Shown one piece after another: positions 57,303-64,000 of a stretch of 64,000 nucleotides of DNA (position 1 is its first letter; the number at the start of each line of letters is the position of its first letter). The position numbers were made by a program, and so were the translations under genes. This DNA is from Acidobacteriota bacterium (GTDB lineage: Bacteria; Acidobacteriota; UBA6911; RPQK01; JAJDTT01). The notes beneath the pieces were generated by a model. It had not been told where the DNA came from, did no database searches, and was given only the letters and a program-made list of their open reading frames with translations. The DNA is taken from the NCBI GenBank assembly GCA_965263035.1, contig OZ253580.1:2816001-2880000 (forward strand), read 5' to 3'.

Positions 57303-58442
57303 ATGGACATAACTTTGAAGCGGGAGCATTTGTTCCCCGAGGTCCAACACCTTCAGACCATCGTCGAAAGAAAAACGACGGTGCCCATCCTTGGGCATGT
57401 ACTTCTTGAGACTATCGGGAACAATATCCTCCTGACAGCCACCGACCTGGATGTATCCCTGCGTTGCCGCTGTGAAGCTCAAGTGCGGGTGAGCGGCACC
57501 TTTACCATTTCAGCGAGAAAACTCTTCGAGATCGTCCGCTTGGCCCCCCAAGATTCCGCCATTCACATTAAATCCATAGACGAGGGGGATTGGGTCGAGA
57601 TCAGCTACGGCCGATCCCGGTTCAAGGTGGCTGCTTTGGGGAAGGAAAACTTTCCCGAGATCGGCGAGGCGGAAGGTCAGATCATTCGCATGGACGCGGC
57701 CATGGTTCGGCGTATGATCGGAAGTTGCGTCTTCGCCATCACCCAGGAGGAGAGCCGGTATACTCTAAGTGGTGCGTTGGCCGTGATTACTCCTTCGGAT
57801 TTGTCCCTGGTCACCACGGATGGGCATCGTCTGGTCATTGTCCAACGGGATGTGGAGATGGGTATCGACCAGGAGGAGCTTCGAGTTCTGATTCCCAAGA
57901 AAGCACTTGTCGAAATGATGAAGTTGCTGGGTGAAACCGACGGGGATATCGAATTCCGGAGTGGAGAAAGAAGGATCTCGTTTCGAATGGGCCGACGGCT
58001 CTTGATCTCACGCATGCTCAGCGGCGAGTTTCCAAACTACAAGATGGTCATACCGCAAGGGAACGATCTGGACGCGCAGTTGGGCACCTTGGGCTTCACA
58101 GCGGCCTTGAGGCGGGTCGCGGTCGTAGCGGATCGGGAGACACGGTCGGTCGAGCTGAGCCTGAACGAGGGACAGGTCAAGCTGGCGTGCCAAAATGCGA
58201 ATGGGGAGCGGGCCGCCGAAGCGATGGAGACGAGCTACAAGGGGACACCGATCGTGATCGGTTTCAACGTGGATTATCTACTTGACTTCGTCAACGTCGT
58301 CGACAGCGGGCAGGTGCGCATCTCGCTCAAAGACTCGGATACTCAGGGGTTGCTCCAACCCATCAGTGCGCCCGATGCAGACGACTCCGAAGCGGGCGGC
58401 GAATACAAGATTCACTATGTCGTCATGCCTCTGAGCCTCTGA
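57303..58442 (+). CDS. dnaN: DNA polymerase III beta clamp
   Basis: TVPILGHVL, ATDLD, TTDGHRL, GEFPNY, IGFNVDYL and YVVMP. Confidence 0.97.
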   Translation: MDITLKREHLFPEVQHLQTIVERKTTVPILGHVLLETIGNNILLTATDLDVSLRCRCEAQVRVSGTFTISARKLFEIVRLAPQDSAIHIKSIDEGDWVEISYGRSRFKVAALGKENFPEIGEAEGQIIRMDAAMVRRMIGSCVFAITQEESRYTLSGALAVITPSDLSLVTTDGHRLVIVQRDVEMGIDQEELRVLIPKKALVEMMKLLGETDGDIEFRSGERRISFRMGRRLLISRMLSGEFPNYKMVIPQGNDLDAQLGTLGFTAALRRVAVVADRETRSVELSLNEGQVKLACQNANGERAAEAMETSYKGTPIVIGFNVDYLLDFVNVVDSGQVRISLKDSDTQGLLQPISAPDADDSEAGGEYKIHYVVMPLSL

Positions 58443-58452
58443 GCCTCTGAGC
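58427..58452. repeat. 8-bp tandem repeat (GCCTCTGA x3) spanning the dnaN stop
   Basis: GCCTCTGA GCCTCTGA GCCTCTGA GC, read directly. Confidence 0.85.
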
Positions 58453-58489
58453 TGTACCGTTCCGTCTGCGACACATGCACCGGGTATAA

Positions 58490-61015
<2,526 letters not shown>

Positions 61016-61153
61016 GCGCTCGCGATCGAGATCGTCGCGGCCGGTTTCCTGGCGTTTCTACCGTGACCCCGGCGCCGCACCTCTCCCCAGTCGGGCGCCG
61101 CCTCGCCCGCGGCTCGTGATTTTTCGAATGGCTAGGATCGGAGGAACAAGTCG

Positions 61154-63616
61154 ATGAGAGAGTACCAGGGCCGGGAGATCCCGGTGACCATCGAAGCGGA
61201 GATGAAGACCTCCTACCTGGACTACGCCATGTCGGTCATCGTGGGGCGGGCCCTGCCGGATGTCCGAGACGGGTTGAAGCCGGTTCATCGGCGCATCCTC
61301 TACGCCATGAGTGAGATGAACAACACCAGGAGGAGGCCCCACAAGAAGTCGGCGCGGGTCGTGGGCGAGGTCATCGGAAAGTATCATCCCCACGGCGATG
61401 TGGCGGTCTACGATGCGCTGGTCCGAATGGCTCAGGACTTTTCCATGCGGGAGATGCTGATCGACGGACAGGGGAACTTCGGATCCATCGACGGAGACTC
61501 GCCGGCAGCCATGCGGTACACCGAGGTCCGAATGGCGCAAATCGCCGGTGAGATCCTGGCGGACATCGAGAAGGAGACGGTCGATTTTCAGGCCAACTAC
61601 GACGAGTCACTGCAGGAGCCGACCGTTTTGCCGGCTCGAATTCCCAATCTCTTGATCAACGGGGCCTCCGGGATTGCCGTGGGGATGGCGACCAATGTGC
61701 CTCCCCACAACCTCAGTGAGGTCATCGACGGCCTTTTGCTCCTGCTCGATCGACCGGATGCGACATTGTCGGAGCTTATGCAGTTGATTCGGGGACCGGA
61801 TTTTCCCACCGCGGGCATCATCTACGGGCGCAAGGCCATCCACAGTGCGTACGCTACGGGCCGCGGCATCATCCAGCTGCGGGCCAAGGCCGCCATCGAG
61901 AAGATCAGAAAAGACAAGGAGGCCATCATCATCGATGAGCTCCCGTATCAGGTCAACAAAGCCAAGCTCATCGAGACGATTGCAGCGCTCGTTCGCAGCA
62001 AGAGAATCGATGGGATCAGCGACTTGAGAGACGAGTCCGATCGGGACGGGATGCGGGTCGTCATCGAGCTGAAACGAGGCGAGCAGCCACAGGTGGTCCT
62101 GAACCAGCTCTACAAACTGACGCCGATGCAGAATTCGTTCGGGATTATTCTGCTGGCCCTGACGGCCGGCCGGCCGCGCGTCCTGACCCTCAAGGAAATG
62201 CTGAACCATTTCCTTGCACACCGCAGGATCGTCGTTCGGCGGCGCACACAGTTCGACCTGAAGAAGGCCGAAAAGCGGGCACACATCCTGGAGGGCCTTG
62301 CCAAGGCGCTGAATCACCTGGATCTGGTGATCGCCCTGATCCGAGGTTCGAGGACGCCGGCGGAGGCCAAGACACAGTTGATCCAGCGCCTTGAGTTCAC
62401 CGAAATCCAGGCTCAGGCCATACTTGAAATGCGGCTGCAGCGCCTCACAGGCCTGGAACGGGACAAGATCGTGGAGGAACTGGAGCGGATTCGGGACCGG
62501 ATCGTCCAGCTGCGGAAGATTCTCACCAGCGGGGCCGAACTCAGGCGGGTGATCCGCGACGAACTCATGGAGATTCAGGACAGGTACCATTCGCCGCGCC
62601 GCACGGTGATCCTGGACGAGGCGATCGACCTGACGATCGAGGACCTCATCGCCGAGGAGCAAGTGGTCATCACAGCCACGCACGGTGGCTACATCAAGCG
62701 GACGGCCCTTCACATCTACCGTAGTCAGCATCGCGGAGGCAAGGGCCGGATCGGAATGTCCACGCGCACGGTCGTTGACGTCCTCGACTATCTTTTTGTC
62801 GCCTCCACGCACAGTTACATCCTCATCTTCACGAACCAGGGGAGAGTCTATTGGCTGAAAGTTTATGAGATTCCCGATGTGGGGGCCGCCGGCAAGGGGA
62901 AGCCGATCGTCAATTTGGTCAAGTTGGAGCGGGGCGAGAAGGTCGCGGATATGATCGCCGTGCAGGACTTCAAGACGCCCGGGTTCATCATCATGGCGTC
63001 GCGCCGAGGACGAGTGAAGAAGACGGCATTGACGGCGTACTCCAGACCGAGAGCAAAGGGGATCATCGCATGTTCGGTGGAGCGGGGGGATGAGCTGATC
63101 GTGGTGAGCCGAACCAGCGGCCAGGACGACATTCTTCTCTGCACCGCCGACGGTCAGGCCGCGCGCTTCGCGGAAGATCAGGTTCGGGAGATGGGACGCG
63201 TCGCGCGGGGAGTACGGGGCATCCGGCTCAGGCCAGGCGACTCAGTAGTCAGCATGGGCGTCATCCAAAGGGACCATGAGAGTATTCTGGCGGTGACCGA
63301 GAGAGGGTTCGGAAAACGAACCCCCGAGACGGAGTACCCGCGCAAGGGCCGCGCCTGTCTGGGCGTGATCAACATCAAGACCACCGCCCGCAATGGCAAG
63401 GTCGTTACCACCTTCCCAGTGGGACGCGGGGCGGAGTTGATCATCATTACCGAAAAAGGCAAGATCATTCGCCTGGAGGCGGACACCATCCGGCTGACGA
63501 CGACCCGCGCCGCTCTGGGCGTGAAGCTGATGGATTTGGGGGACGGAGACACAGTGGCCGATGTGAGCCTGGTGGCCGACGGGGCCGACGGATTGGAATC
63601 GGAGGCTTCGGAATGA
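61154..63616 (+). CDS. gyrA: DNA gyrase subunit A
   Basis: [22 protein letters not shown] and the GyrA-box QHRGGKG. Confidence 0.98.
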   Translation: MREYQGREIPVTIEAEMKTSYLDYAMSVIVGRALPDVRDGLKPVHRRILYAMSEMNNTRRRPHKKSARVVGEVIGKYHPHGDVAVYDALVRMAQDFSMREMLIDGQGNFGSIDGDSPAAMRYTEVRMAQIAGEILADIEKETVDFQANYDESLQEPTVLPARIPNLLINGASGIAVGMATNVPPHNLSEVIDGLLLLLDRPDATLSELMQLIRGPDFPTAGIIYGRKAIHSAYATGRGIIQLRAKAAIEKIRKDKEAIIIDELPYQVNKAKLIETIAALVRSKRIDGISDLRDESDRDGMRVVIELKRGEQPQVVLNQLYKLTPMQNSFGIILLALTAGRPRVLTLKEMLNHFLAHRRIVVRRRTQFDLKKAEKRAHILEGLAKALNHLDLVIALIRGSRTPAEAKTQLIQRLEFTEIQAQAILEMRLQRLTGLERDKIVEELERIRDRIVQLRKILTSGAELRRVIRDELMEIQDRYHSPRRTVILDEAIDLTIEDLIAEEQVVITATHGGYIKRTALHIYRSQHRGGKGRIGMSTRTVVDVLDYLFVASTHSYILIFTNQGRVYWLKVYEIPDVGAAGKGKPIVNLVKLERGEKVADMIAVQDFKTPGFIIMASRRGRVKKTALTAYSRPRAKGIIACSVERGDELIVVSRTSGQDDILLCTADGQAARFAEDQVREMGRVARGVRGIRLRPGDSVVSMGVIQRDHESILAVTERGFGKRTPETEYPRKGRACLGVINIKTTARNGKVVTTFPVGRGAELIIITEKGKIIRLEADTIRLTTTRAALGVKLMDLGDGDTVADVSLVADGADGLESEASE

Positions 63617-64000
63617 GATCTGCGGTCCCCTGGTTGGTCCTCGTCGCAGCGGCCGCGATTCTGTTCCTCTACGGTCACGACCAGGCGAGAGCGGAATTCG
63701 AGAGGGCACGTGAACTCTGGCTCACTGGGGAGTATCGGGCGGCGACCCGAGTCTTTGAAAGCGTCCGCCGCTTTCACCCCGACAGCCGGCATGCTGCGGA
63801 AGCCCTCTGGGAGATCGCTTCCATCTACTACTCGCATCACTACGACCTGTCCGAGGCGCGTACGCATCTGGAGGAGCTGGTCTCCCAATACCCGGCGAGC
63901 TCCCGTGTCGACGCCGCGCTTGTCCGCCTGGCGGAAATCCATGAAGCTGGAGAATATGACCTGGCTGCGGCCGTGAAGTATTGGTCCCTGGTCCTGGACC
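63613..64000 (+). CDS. Membrane-anchored or secreted TPR-repeat protein (partial; absent from the ORF track)
   Basis: ATGA overlap with gyrA. Manual translation [18 protein letters not shown]...[13 protein letters not shown]...[17 protein letters not shown] stays open to the window end. Confidence 0.8.
   Translation, partial: MRSAVPWLVLVAAAAILFLYGHDQARAEFERARELWLTGEYRAATRVFESVRRFHPDSRHAAEALWEIASIYYSHHYDLSEARTHLEELVSQYPASSRVDAALVRLAEIHEAGEYDLAAAVKYWSLVLD

Overview
GC-rich core-chromosome window spanning the probable replication origin. The organism is most likely an Acidobacteriota member (inference from two secreted VWA-domain proteins and the DnaA domain IV variant RHHTTV). Left to right: partial mazG, rne/rng, the rodA-mrdA-mreD-mreC-mreB operon, a PpiD/SurA-type isomerase, glmS, a SUF operon with Rrf2 regulator, moaC/moeA, a methylmalonyl-CoA mutase large subunit, mnmG-rsmG(parS)-parA-parB (inverted relative to mnmE-jag-yidC-yidD-rnpA-rpmH), pheA, tRNA-Sec, a coenzyme F420 cluster (cofGH, cofE/C/D, npdG), a 1456-aa ElbD-like FAR-A-ACP-acyltransferase, tRNA-Ser, housekeeping genes, rpsA-ihfB, and dnaA-oriC-dnaN-gyrB-gyrA. 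No transposase, integrase, rRNA or CRISPR array was seen. The most notable signals are: (1) ~163-bp whole-length hairpin elements of two terminal types that share a central motif and sit at gene junctions or stop codons inside core operons; (2) a stand-alone ElbD-like enzyme with degenerate adenylation motifs, divergent from the F420 genes; (3) a recurring 25-bp AT-rich IHF-like motif, one copy embedded in mnmE. All calls come from motif recognition by eye; no database search was run.
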